NCBI GenBank assembly: GCA_013265495.1
Contig: MU057416.1
Coordinates: 1,482,545-1,546,544 of the forward strand
DNA length: 64,000 nt
Source: Vicugna vicugna
Taxonomy: Eukaryota
Direction of reading: 5' to 3'
A program made the position numbers and the translations under genes. The notes beneath the pieces are model-generated. The model was not told where the DNA came from and did no database searches. It saw only the letters and a list, made by a program, of their open reading frames with translations. Positions 11,715 through 23,114 of the stretch are shown here, piece after piece; position 1 is the first letter of the stretch; each line of letters starts with the position of its first letter.

Positions 11715-13319
11715 GGAAGGATTTATTACTTGCAGCAAGCAAGGAGAACCAGGGGTCTTCCCCAAAGCGGTATCTCTTGTTCTTTTATGTATTACACCAA
11801 GATGGTGCGTTTTTCTTGAAATCCTGCCCACAGCTGACCCACGGCAGGAGTCACTCCTGGGGACCCCAGCTTCCTCATCTGGGGACTGCACATGCTAGGG
11901 CTGTCATGAGGATTAAGTCAGCGAATGCAAAGTGCTCAGCTTAGAGCCAGGCATGGGGTTACACTCAGTGAATGTAACGCACGCAACTGCATCGCCTAAT
12001 AACACCTCCAAAATGCGGCAAAGTCCTGTTCACGGCCAGCGCTGAGGGGCTGCGATCATGCATTTGATAGGCTGTCAACGATGGTAATGACACAGCTGAC
12101 TTTATGAAGGCTGAGGATTACGATTTAATCCCCAGAAATAACCACGAGATGAAATGGGGAGTCCTTTTGTACTGGACTCACTGGACTGTATGAAAAATCA
12201 AGAGAGAGCAAGAAAAAGCTATCTCCAAGGGGGAGCAGTCCTAATCTCCATTTTACTTCAATTTGATTAGAACTTTCTTAGAACTGAGCTCTTTTGTACT
12301 TTTTGATTGAAGAAAAAGGAATCTAGAAAATGCAGATTCAGCCACACGAGGTTGAAGGGTGAGCAGCCAGGATGAACCTCCTTTCATCGCGAGCTTGGGG
12401 GCCTGTAGCCCGGGACGCCCCCTCCCACACGCATACATCCGGGCTTTGCCCTCCAGCTCAGGTGGAGAGAGCCCTTCCTTACTGCTAATGCGGCAGCTCT
12501 TTTAAATGCCCGATTGTTCAAACCTGTTTTCATGTTTGACTCATTAAACAATAGCTCCTTTGGGGATCTAAAGTCATCAAACCTGCTTGCCACTCTGATT
12601 ACTTTTACCTCCCTGACTCTTGGCTTCTTGACCTGTAAATTGAAGAGATGATACATCAGTAATAGCTAGAAAAATCAAATTAGGTAATGCATGTGAAATG
12701 CACATGAAACAGTTTTAAATGTGGCACATTACTGAATGTAAATTTAAATTGCTATATGGTTTGACTGTGCGTAGTTAACTCAGATATTTGTGAGTTAACA
12801 TAGATCATGCGTATGAAACTTGAACACATGTAGCCTGGAACATAAGGCCTCCCTAAATGGGAATAAAATCAGAACCAACTATGCTTCTCTCATCTAAGGT
12901 AATGCTGTTGGTAATCTTTCTTAGTCTGAGATCTCATTCACCATCAGCTGCAAACTTTTCTTCATTTAAGCTCTTGTCTCCCTTGGCCTTGGAGCAACAG
13001 GTGTCCCTACTGCTCCTCAGGGCAGGCCTCACACCTGGATCCTGGATCCATCTTCCACATCCCCCGGAGACCTCCCTGCGGCACCCCCCCCTTCAGCATC
13101 TCTCTCATCTGAAAAAAAAATTGGCTCTTATAAAAGCCAACCTGCCAAGCTTGTGTGAATTGAGCTCTGTGCAGCATTTAGATGACCGGACACCGCCCCA
13201 TTTTAAATTACTCTCCTGGTGTTTTCTGAACTCTCTCCTCAGTTTCAGAGTCTTCTGCACCTCCTCAGCCTCATTTCACTGCTTGTTCTTCTGTGAAATG
13301 GGGAGCTAGGGAACAAAAT

Positions 13320-13642
13320 GGAAATACTGGCTAGGAGGTAGAAATCAGTTAGTGTATTTCCTGGGAAAATTGAGATTAGTGTGTAGATGTACATGTCCAA
13401 TGGGATATATGCAAATGATGGCTGGAGCTCTGGCAGCTATTTTGGACCATGAGGATGAAGGCCACATCCTAGGGATGGAGTAGGAATTGGAAGGGGCCTG
13501 GATCCCTGATGCCAGGGAGCTTCATATCAGACCTTGGACTGCTTACTTCCTGACTTCTGTTACATAGACAGAAATAAACCTTTTGTTTTAAAAGCCACTT
13601 ATTTGAGTTTCCTGTTTTTGCTGCCTAATCCTAACTAATACA
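13320..13642 (+). mobile_element. MaLR LTR (MLT1-type) relic
   Basis: ggaccatgaggatgaaggccacatcctagggatgg...gacttctgttacatagacagaaataaacc...aagccact...atcctaactaataca, a typical MLT1 3' terminus. Confidence 0.75.
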
Positions 13643-15329
13643 ACTCCCACTACCTACAAAATGAGATTCAGACATAACTTAAAAGGCCCTGTGATTGGGT
13701 TGCTGCTCACTCTTCCACTTGGTGTCTGACCACTGCCTGTCACCCCCAGTCTCTTGTCCTTTATTCTCAGCCATCCAAACCCCCTGTCCCTTTCTGAAAC
13801 GCCTCCTGTGTCTTTGCATGTTCTTCTCAGTGCCAGAGAGCCGATGTTCTGCCCTCCCTGAATCTGCGCCTCTGCAGAGATTCCCATCCAGGAAAGATAG
13901 TTTTCTAGAAATTTCACATGAACCAGGCTGACAACAGATAAGCTCCTAACAGGAGCAAAACCTATCCAAAATAATCCAGTTATTCTGGAAATAAAACGAA
14001 GTGGTTTTTTGATCCATCAGAGGGCGACAAACCAAAAGAAAATGTAGAAAGTGTTTGGCAGTCAAGCAAGCCTTCCATTATGTTCAGAGTTTTAAAAATG
14101 ATGAACTCATTCTAATTATTGGTCTCAGGATACCAATCTATTACAATTTATCCAGTTTCATAATTTTTGAATTATTGAAATGAGCATATTGTTTTCCCAC
14201 TTTGTAGGTGTTATATTCGGCTGCATTTTGGGGTCCACAACAAAGAATTGCAACAGGATGATGGACATTAATTTGAAGTCCAAAGCGGAAGTGGAGGAGA
14301 GACGTCAGAGCCGGGCTGCGTCGCAGCTCGGTGGCGGGGACGGTGGCAGGGCTCCCAGTGCAGTTCCCTCACCCGGGAACCTCAGCTATGGGACTCAGTA
14401 ATCCAGTAAACCGGCCATTGCTGTTGAGTCCCCTCTTTAGGCAGGACGCGCACATCCTCTCATTCAATCCCCAGCCCCCCCAGCCCCCCATAAGACAGGG
14501 TCAGTTATTGTGATTCCTGCTGTTTTGTAGACGAGGGAAACTCAGTTTCCAGGCAGTTGGCTACCTCGCCTGGGATTACCGGCCTGTTGAGTCACAGAGC
14601 CAAGCTGAGGGCTCAGGGAATTGGGCGCCATCGCCCGTGTTCTGCGTCACTACCCTGAACTGTGGTTTTTACAAAGATTCTGTCTGGTTCTCAAATTTCT
14701 GTGGCCCTGTGGTTAGCACAAAGATTAAACTAACACAAAGGTAGCTTGATATCTGTCATATTTTGCATTTTCTTTCTAAACTCGAGTGCACGTTAGATCA
14801 AGGGTCTTAGAAGCAGGCACTGCAACAGGCCTGTGCTTTCTGATGCGCTGATGACATCTTTACGATCACTCAGTGACATACCCTGCGTACATCTAGCAAC
14901 ACTGCCAGGAATTTAAAAAGAAACAATGACAGTAAGCTAGTAATCCTTTTTTAATAGAAAAGGGAAAGGACTCAGGGATTAGGAAATGTCCCAGACGCCC
15001 TTTTCTCTTTGAATCCTGCTGGTTTCATTCCAGAGAAGATTAGTAAGATTTAGGACTGCTGTGGGCCCCACAGCCTACCGGGTAACCTGTTCCTACATAA
15101 AGGAGCTCTGCCGTGCACTTAGGAAGAACAACTTTTTAAAAAGGCCAAGTTTGACCTTGGATCAGCTACCTTTTCCCCTCTGTGCTTTGCCAACATGGCC
15201 CAAGGTCATTTTTGACATCCTGCTAAAAACATTGCCAACTCTTCCAAGTAGAATTGTAGCAGTTTTTCTAAAGGGGAGGATGAAAGAGTTTTGTGTCACT
15301 TAACTTTCAACAAGTTTAATTTAATTTTA

Positions 15330-15450
15330 ACTTTTTTTTTGAAGGGGGAGGTAACTTGGTTTATCTATTTATTTAATGGAGGCATTGGGGATTGAATCCA
15401 GGTCCTCGTGCATGCTAAACACATGCTCTCCCACTGAGCTGTACCCTCCC
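15330..15450 (-). mobile_element. Vic-1-like SINE
   Basis: Reverse complement of the SINE consensus; TSD tcaacaag at 15307-15314 and 15451-15458. Confidence 0.9.
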
Positions 15451-16479
15451 TCAACAAGCGTAAAAAGAGAGGATGGTTTTAGGAAGGCTATTGAATATGC
15501 AGAGATCATTCAGCTGTCCATCTGAACCCCAAAATAGTTTATAATCACAGAATAATCAGATACTGGTAAATGGTAACCCCAGGAATGTCTAGACTTATCT
15601 AAACTGATAGACATTTAGTTTTTATAATCACTTTTTAGTTTGTGTGTTCATGTAAATTAGTTTTCTTATTTAAAAACAGCATTAAAAAGACTGTGCCAAG
15701 CGATTGCTTCTCTTATTTGTGACTTTAAGAAGGCGGCTGTCAAATTAGAGGCCACCTGGCCTGCAAGCATTATGTATCATCAGCCTTTCCAGCCAGAGAA
15801 AGGGAGGGTCACTTCCTTGCAGCTTCATGAGCAATTCCCCACGCTTCCACATGCCTCTGCCTGTTTGCAGAAGGCTTGATTTTTTTTTCTTTCTTTCTGG
15901 TTTAGACCACAGACTGTTCTCTGACTCACTCAGGAAAGAAATCCACCGTCAGAAACAGTTCTGCATTTCTTTTTTTTCTTTTTTTTTTTTTTCAGATCTG
16001 ATGGTCTGGGGCACAACAAGAGTTCAGTGTTCTGTTTGGATGACTGGTTCCGGGTCCCTCCAGCACACAGAGATGGATAATGATGGTATTTTCTGTCTTC
16101 TGTGGTGACAGTGTTTTCCCAGGCCGGGGAGTCGGTTTGGATGGACTTCATGGGTTTCATTTAATTCATATGAAATAGTGCCCAAAGAATGAGTCTGTTC
16201 ACTGAGTCCTTTATTTCTCCCAGCTGCATTTCTTCAATATTATTAATTGAATCTCTGTCCTACAACCTTTCATTGGCCTCGAAAGTCCACAACAATTGAC
16301 AACAATTAGGCCTGAGCAGTTTGAGACGATTTTCCTGAGAAACGGAGAGCGAAACACACTTCACGTTGATCAGTCTGTGCCCTGAATGGTTGGATTTGCC
16401 TGAATTTAACAAGGGGAATGCACTCTGGAGCCCAGAAATCAGTCCTACTCTTTGAAAGTCTAAAGCAAGGCCGTCCAAG

Positions 16480-16615
16480 GTAACACTAGCCACACGTGAA
16501 CCTCAAATCTTACCGTGGCGCTATTAAGAAAAGTAAAAAGAAAAGGGTAGCATTTTAATAACGTATTTTATTTAGCCCAACATATCAGAAATATTTCAAT
16601 ACATAGTGAACATGC
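16480..16615. mobile_element. hAT-Charlie (MER3/MER33-like) fragment
   Basis: cactagccacacgtg...aaaagtaaaaagaaa...ttttaataacgtattttatttagcccaacatatc, recognised from memory. Confidence 0.55.
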
Positions 16616-16838
16616 ATTTTAAACTGAGGTATAGTTGATTTGCAATCTTGTGTAAATTTCAAGTGTACAACATAATGATTCACAATTTTTAAAGATCACA
16701 ATCCTTTTATAATCATTATAAACTATTGGCTGCCGCCCCGTGCTGTACAGTATAGCCTCGTAGCTTATTTATTTTATACACAGTAATTGTATAACCTCTC
16801 AGCCCCCTACCCCTATCTTTCCCCTCCCCACTTCCTTC
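16616..16838 (-). mobile_element. L1 3' end fragment
   Basis: tttaaactgaggtatagttgatttgcaatcttgtgtaaatttcaagtgtacaacataatgattcac is the reverse complement of an L1 3' terminus. Confidence 0.8.
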
Positions 16839-17100
16839 TGTTGCTGGGAAACCCGCCTCTGTGCCCGAAAGAGGAATTCAGACCCGGAGACAGAGAGCTG
16901 GGAGAACCAGAAATGAGCAGCTTTACTGCTTTGCCTGGCAAAGGGGAGTCACAAAATTCCCTGCTCTCTCCCTGCAATTAACTTAGAAGCTTAGTTGCAA
17001 AAAATACACAGTAGAGAGAAGTACCGCGTCAGCAAGAGGACGAAAGCTTAAAAGGCTGGCGAGGACCCCTCTCTGAAACTGGTTACGCCGGAGCCAAAGT
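16839..17100 (-). mobile_element. Probable ERV LTR fragment abutting the L1
   Basis: Starts tgttgctggg; contains cagctttactgctttgcctggcaaagggg, resembling a reversed LTR polyA region. Right boundary unclear. Confidence 0.45.
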
Positions 17101-17935
17101 ATATTCTTCCTGTGCCCAGCTTGGGAAGAGGGTGAAAATGCCTTGTCAAAGACGACGGCACGTCCCCGAGCTCCAGGCCACCTCCCCTCTGGCTCCTCCT
17201 GCTGTCCGCGCAGCACAAGGTTCCCCGCGGAGCCGCGAGCCCAGGACGGCAGCCGGATTTTGGACCAGAGGGCCCGCGGGCCGGCGCCTCCCCACCTCCT
17301 GAAGGACGGGAAGGCCTGTCTGCGACAGCGCTCTGGAGGCCGCGGTTTTTCGCCCCAGGGCGCTTTCCTCATTATTCTCGCGGCTCTCCCGGTTAAGGCC
17401 CCATTTAAATGCGCGATGGAGTCTCCTTAACACGTGACCGTGCGGCTTCCTGAGACTGAATTTCATTAGCCTCGTTTCTGCTCATTTCCCTAAACTGGGA
17501 GGCTCTTTGGTGACCCGGCCTGTTCCTGGAGGGTGGCACGGAGCCTCCTGCCCTCACGCTCGTCCGTAAACTCAGCTCCCTCCCCGGGGACACGGTGAAC
17601 TCATTCTCCCTTTGTGTTAAAGGCACCAGCAAGGGGTCGTCAGAGCACGCGCGGTCGGCAGGGGGGCTGCCTGGCCCGGGAGGTGGGCGAGCATCCGGGC
17701 CTGGGGGCCGGGCCTGGCCTGGGCCCTCCCGGCTGTGCTCCGACTCTCCCCCCGCACCCGGCGGGCGTCCTGGGGAGGAAGCAGGGGAGGCTGCCTTTCA
17801 CCCGCACAGACAGCTCTCTGGAAACGCCAGCTTTCCCAGCCTGCCGTGCCCCTCGGCTCCGGCTGGAGTCTTTTCTGCTTCCTTTTCCAGGAGGGGAGAG
17901 GCTTTCCTGGAGAAGTGAAATAGGTGGGAGGGAGA

Positions 17936-18050
17936 AGGGGGCGTGTAGCTCAGCGGCAGAGCGCATGCCCAGCATGCAGGCCGTGCTGGGTTCAACCCCC
18001 AGGACCTCCATTCAATCAATAAATAAACCTAATTACCGCCCCCCCAACTA
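17936..18050 (+). mobile_element. Vic-1-like SINE (GC-shifted copy)
   Basis: gcgtgtagctcagcggcagagcgcatgcccagcatgcaggccgtgctgggttcaacccccaggacctcca...aataaacctaattaccgcccccc. Confidence 0.9.
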
Positions 18051-20704
18051 AAGAAGAAAGTGGAAAGAAAAAGAAACAAAATATGCAGTGGAGGGGGCTC
18101 CCCTTTCTCTTCACTGCCCCCCACCCCGGACCGACTCTGCTCAGCGCACCTAAAACCACCACCTTTGACGGCCTGCCTGCCCCAGAGCCTGACCTCACGC
18201 GGCTGCCCCGGGGTGCAGGGGGGCTCTAGGTGATGCTCTGGCCCGCTCGGTACCGGGCGCTGAACCTGAACCCGTCCCGCCTGCCCCACTTGTTTGTGTG
18301 AAACCTCGGCTGGGGCTGTTCAGTGATTGATAGGACATGGAACCCGAGCTCAGAACCAGGCCTTCGGACCTCACGAAGCTCACGCTCAAGATGAAAGCCC
18401 CTTCGCGGAAGGAGATTGTGAGAGCGCATGCCTGGGGAGGGCGGGGCTGCGGGGGTGGGGGGCAGGTGTGTGGCCAAGAGGAAGCCGGTGACACCTGGCA
18501 GAAACAAGGCAGTGGACGTGGCACGCTGAGGATCAACGCGATTTGGTAACTGACTGAGACGTGGGAAGAGGGTGGGGTAGGTGACACCTGACAATCACTG
18601 ATCGGGTGGCCGAGGTGTCAGGAGGCCCCCCAGGTCTGCGATGACTCTGGGGCCGGAGCCACGTGACTGGACAGACGTCTGGATGTCTGCTCTGTCCTCA
18701 GCAAGGAGACGGCGCTTTGGGTCCATCGCAAGCCTCTCAGGGTGCTGGCCAGCCTTCCACGGGGGGCGGGTCGTCTGAGGGAGCAGCCCGGGGCCACCGC
18801 GAAAGCTCGCGCACGGGGCACCTGCTGCCTCGCTCACGGCACGTTCTGGAGGCCCTGAAGCTGCACCTGCTCGGCAACCTCATTCCCTTCTCTGCGCCTC
18901 GGTTTTCTCATCTGTACTGGGTTGTCAGGAAAGCTGAACATTTCCCTAGTACGCAGCCTTCCATGCGCTTAGCTCTTATCCTTCCATGTTTCCCGGTCCC
19001 CAAAATCCCACCACCTTATCATGCATCCAAATGAAACATTTAGCTCTGAACTGTTCTTAGAAACGATGAACAGCACATATATGTAAATTTTAAAACGGCT
19101 GTCTCTCTCAGTGAGTTGCTCTTCCTAGAATAAACTTTGTTTACCAAAATATAAATAAAATTTTTAAAATATCACATTTGTTTCTTCAAGAAAAAAAAGT
19201 GCAAAAAAGTTTAAGTCACTTTCCCCAAATTCCAGTAAGAATGAACTCATCAGTCCTTCAGATGTGAACCAGAGGTAATCGTGAGGAAGCCGGACAGGCA
19301 GATGGGTCTGGGGCACTGGTGCCAATGAGGAGGGGCTAGGGGAGGGGCTGGGGGTTTCTGAGCCAGGGCGGGGAGATGGGAGACTAGAAATTTTAAAGCA
19401 GTGAACTAAAACCCTCCAGTTACTAGCATTTTTTCAAGAGTAGAAAAGCTGGTAGTGAAAGCTAACGTAAGCCTCTGATTCATGGTCTCTGCTTCCAAAA
19501 GCTCTTGGTCTGAAGCTTACAGATTAAGGAGCCTGACTTTTTCTAAAAGACGTTTGTGTACATTACTCGCAGCCATGAAGGACCACGAGGTCTAGAAAAT
19601 CATAACAGGTCACCGCACAACCTGTAGACTCAAGTCCCGGTCACATTAATATTTGCAATGGCTTTCTGGCAATTTAATGAATGTATAGCTAACACTACTG
19701 ACTTCAAACCTGTGCAAGACTGCTCCTATAAATGTGTTGATGTATTAGGAAAGAAATCTACTAAGATTGCGTCCATACTTTGGTTTTGGAAGAAGTGGTT
19801 ATTATAAACGTATCTCTGATTCTTTGTTTGCATTTCTTAAAAAAACATAAATCTGCTGGATTCATTAGTCTCACAAAAGGTATGTAGTCCTTCAGCTGCA
19901 GAATAAAACTGGAAGAGCAATATTTTTGCAAAACAGAATGTAGATTAATAAAAATTTGTTCTTTGAGACTATTATGACCCCAAGATTGAAACCACACTCA
20001 GAAATTAATCAAGAAAAGCTTCAGAAGCGTCATTTACACCTAAAGGAAAAGGAGATCCTACGAATCCAATTGTACAGATTTTTTTTAGAAGGACGTGGAT
20101 AGTTCCATGAGACCCACATGACCTCAGTACACACTGAATACAAGGAGAAGACGGCAGGGAAGTCAAAGCCATTCGCCCTCCTTCACCTGGGAGCCTAGAC
20201 CAGTTCTCCAGGTCCTGGACTGATGTGCCCAGAACACGTGCAGTCTGGGCATTTCTTTAAAACCCACAGGAATTTCCCTTGAATCATTTACAATGACCTC
20301 TTATTAAAAAAGAAATCCAAAGCGCGTCCCCTCGCAGTAACAGCTCTCCAGCATCACTGAGCTGAAGTCCTTGGTTTCCCCGAGGCCTGAATGAATTGCA
20401 CTTCCACGTGCGCTGGTCCACATCTACAGATGAGAGCTCAAGTGTACAACCCGTTTAACTAGCACGGTGCTGTCCTTCCTCATAACATGACACTGAAATA
20501 GTACTGCTTACAAGCACACAAACTCCACACTCCTCCTCCATCCCCAACTCTAAAGGAATGAACGGAAACTTAGTACCCAGTTACCCCTAAAAAAGCAAAT
20601 ACGGAATCTGCCCGTTATTTAAAAAGGACGTATTGTGACGTGGACGCGTCCCAGCTTTCCCCACAGGCTACAAGTCTGCCTTCGTACTGTTCCTCCAAAG
20701 ACAC

Positions 20705-20760
20705 TGTGTGTGTGTGTGTGCGTGTGTGTGCATGCGCACGCGTGCCCATGTGCACGTTTG
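20705..20760. repeat. (TG)n / alternating purine-pyrimidine tract
   Basis: tgtgtgtgtgtgtgtgcgtgtgtgtgcatgcgcacgcgtgc. Confidence 0.85.
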
Positions 20761-21889
20761 CGGACACACACGTGTACACACGGATATGTAAAATACCATT
20801 CGCAATTAGTTTTCTGCATCTTTTACACGTTTTAATTCATGAACGTCATGAGCTAATTGTGTGAAATGTCTGAAAAACTGTAACAACCGTTCGCAGACGG
20901 CCCCACTTCCCCCCCGCCCCCGCCCCGAAGCAGCAGCCCTGGCCGGTAGTACGCGGCTCTCGGCCTCGCACACTGCGGCAGCTCGGTCGCTTCTAAAATG
21001 CTGCCCTGGGTCCAGAATTCGCTTTCCTGTTATTTCCTGACTTCGAGCCCTTAAAATTCGCTGTAATTCCACTGTAAAGACCACCAGGAAACAAAACAGA
21101 AGAAAACGCTGAAACACCCCCTCCCTAACTTAACTGTCCTTCCGTCAGCGGATCCTGGCTTCCCTTCAGTGGCGCTGGGTGATGGGGGCACGCCAGGGGC
21201 ACGGCAGTTCCTGACGGCCCCGTTGATGATGGGTCCTGGACGTGTCCCGGAAGGTGGGGCGAGCCGTGTGATCCCCCAGCAGTGGTGTCCAGTGCCATCC
21301 TGGGAAGCGGAGCAGATGGTCCCGGCTGGGGAGCCGGGGAAGAAAGCTGTAACGGGGCCTCGGATGGAGGAGGCTCTGGATGCCAGAGGAACTCTGACTG
21401 GCCGCTGCTGTCCCAGAGGCCGCTGAAGACTTCTGAGCGAGGAGACGTCAGGGAAGAAGCGGAACAATACTCCCAAATGCCCCCCTGCTCTGCGCAAGAG
21501 ACCCCGAGTGCGGGTCCTGGCGTCGGAACAGCCAGCTTCAGAAGAGGCTGGAACAACCAGGTTTCAGGCGACGGAGTCCTGGGCGTCCGTGGGAGTGTGA
21601 GAATGTGGATGTTCTGAAGGAAGAGCAGGACTCGGTAACTAAGCAGACACGGAGAAGAGGGCAAGGACGAGCGGACAGTGTCCCTGGTCACGAGCACGAC
21701 GCAGGCAACGGGGAGCCGGCAAGGGCGAAACCGGCTCTTGACGAGGAAGGCGGTCAGCCTGGCTCCAGGCAGGTGGAGTCTGAGCCAGAGGCGCAGCAGG
21801 AACTGGCACGCGCCGGGGGCACAGGGCGAGGGGCGGGACACGTGTGCTTTCATTACAGACTGCACGATTTCATCTGCTCCACCTCCACG

Positions 21890-22008
21890 TTTTTTGTTTT
21901 TGGGGGGGAGGTAATTAGGGTTATTTATTTCATGGAAGGACTGGGGATGGAACCCAGGAGCTCGTGCCTGCTAAGCACATGCCCCGCCTCTGAGCTGCAC
22001 CCTCCCCC
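21890..22008 (-). mobile_element. Vic-1-like SINE
   Basis: gggggaggtaattagggttatttat...ctggggatggaacccaggagctcgtgcctgctaagcacatg...ctgagctgcaccctcccc. Confidence 0.9.
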
Positions 22009-22957
22009 GGAGCACGGTATTTTTAAACACGTCAAATGTAGGGCAGAGAGTAATGAATTTCCCCGGACCCAGCACCTGGCTTCCAGAATGAGCAACTCCC
22101 GGCCAACCTAGCTTCCTCTAGACTTGCCGCCCTGTGTGATTCCGAAGCACATTCCAGACGGGAGGGTTTTAAAAGCAGGAAGCACAGAACGTGTAGATTG
22201 TAGTTCAGAGAATTTTAGACCAACCTTCTCACCTCACAGAGGAGACAAGCTAAGGATCAGCAGCACTGACTGATTTCCCTGCCTAAAAGGGAAAATTTGC
22301 AAGAGGCTTTGCCAACTTTTTATCTTTCTGAGATGAAATGAGAAAAGTAAGGCTATGCAAATTTTTCAGAAAGCCAAAAGTCAAATTTTAAAATCACTGT
22401 TTGTAAGCATTTTACAAATGACTCTCCGTAAGCACGCTGGAACAGTAAACATTTGTCTTAGGTTCATTCGTAATTCTGTCGGACAACACGACCTGTGCCC
22501 TCCTAAAACCGGTCCTCACTCCCACAGCAGAACAAGAGAGCCGTGTTGACTCAATTATCGTCGGTTGGTTTTCACACCGTGACCTCAGAGTCTCCGGGGT
22601 CACCCTAAGTGTGTCTGGGAGACAACAGAGTCCTGTCTGTCCGGAGTCAGTTTACGTGTGGCTGCCAGGAACGTCACCTCGAATGACATGTCCCCTCCTG
22701 TACCAAACCTACCCCGTGTTTGGAGCTCTGTGTGGACTGTGGGAAGCAGTAAGCACAACATGGCGGTAAGGGATGTGCTGACACTAATTCCACAGGAGGG
22801 CACAACCTGAATAATGCTCAGCCTGCCACAAGAAAATAGTGTAGTTTTATCAGAAAATATGTCAGTTCATGGAGCCAGCTGAGATTTATTAAAGTAAATT
22901 AATCAGTGAGAGCCATAGTTTAAGTCGGTGGCAATGTTCTTCATAAGGATGTTACGA

Positions 22958-23085
22958 GGGGGAGGGCGTAGCGCAGTGGCACAGTGCATGCCTAGCAGGC
23001 GCAGGATCCTGAGTTCAATCCCCAGCACCCCCACCAAGTAAGTAAGTAAATAAATAAACAAACCTAATTACCGCCCCCCCCACAA
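22958..23085 (+). mobile_element. Vic-1-like SINE
   Basis: ggggagggcgtagcgcagtggcacagtgcatgcctagc...gttcaatccccagcacc...acctaattaccgccccccc. Confidence 0.9.
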
Positions 23086-23114
23086 AGTTGTTGTGAAACC
23101 ACACACACACACAA

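Noticed and set aside
21051..22111. Cluster of 100-246 aa ORFs in a GC-rich intergenic patch
   Set aside because: No recognisable protein family, no exon structure, no polyA/TSD indicating a retrocopy; one ORF runs into a SINE.
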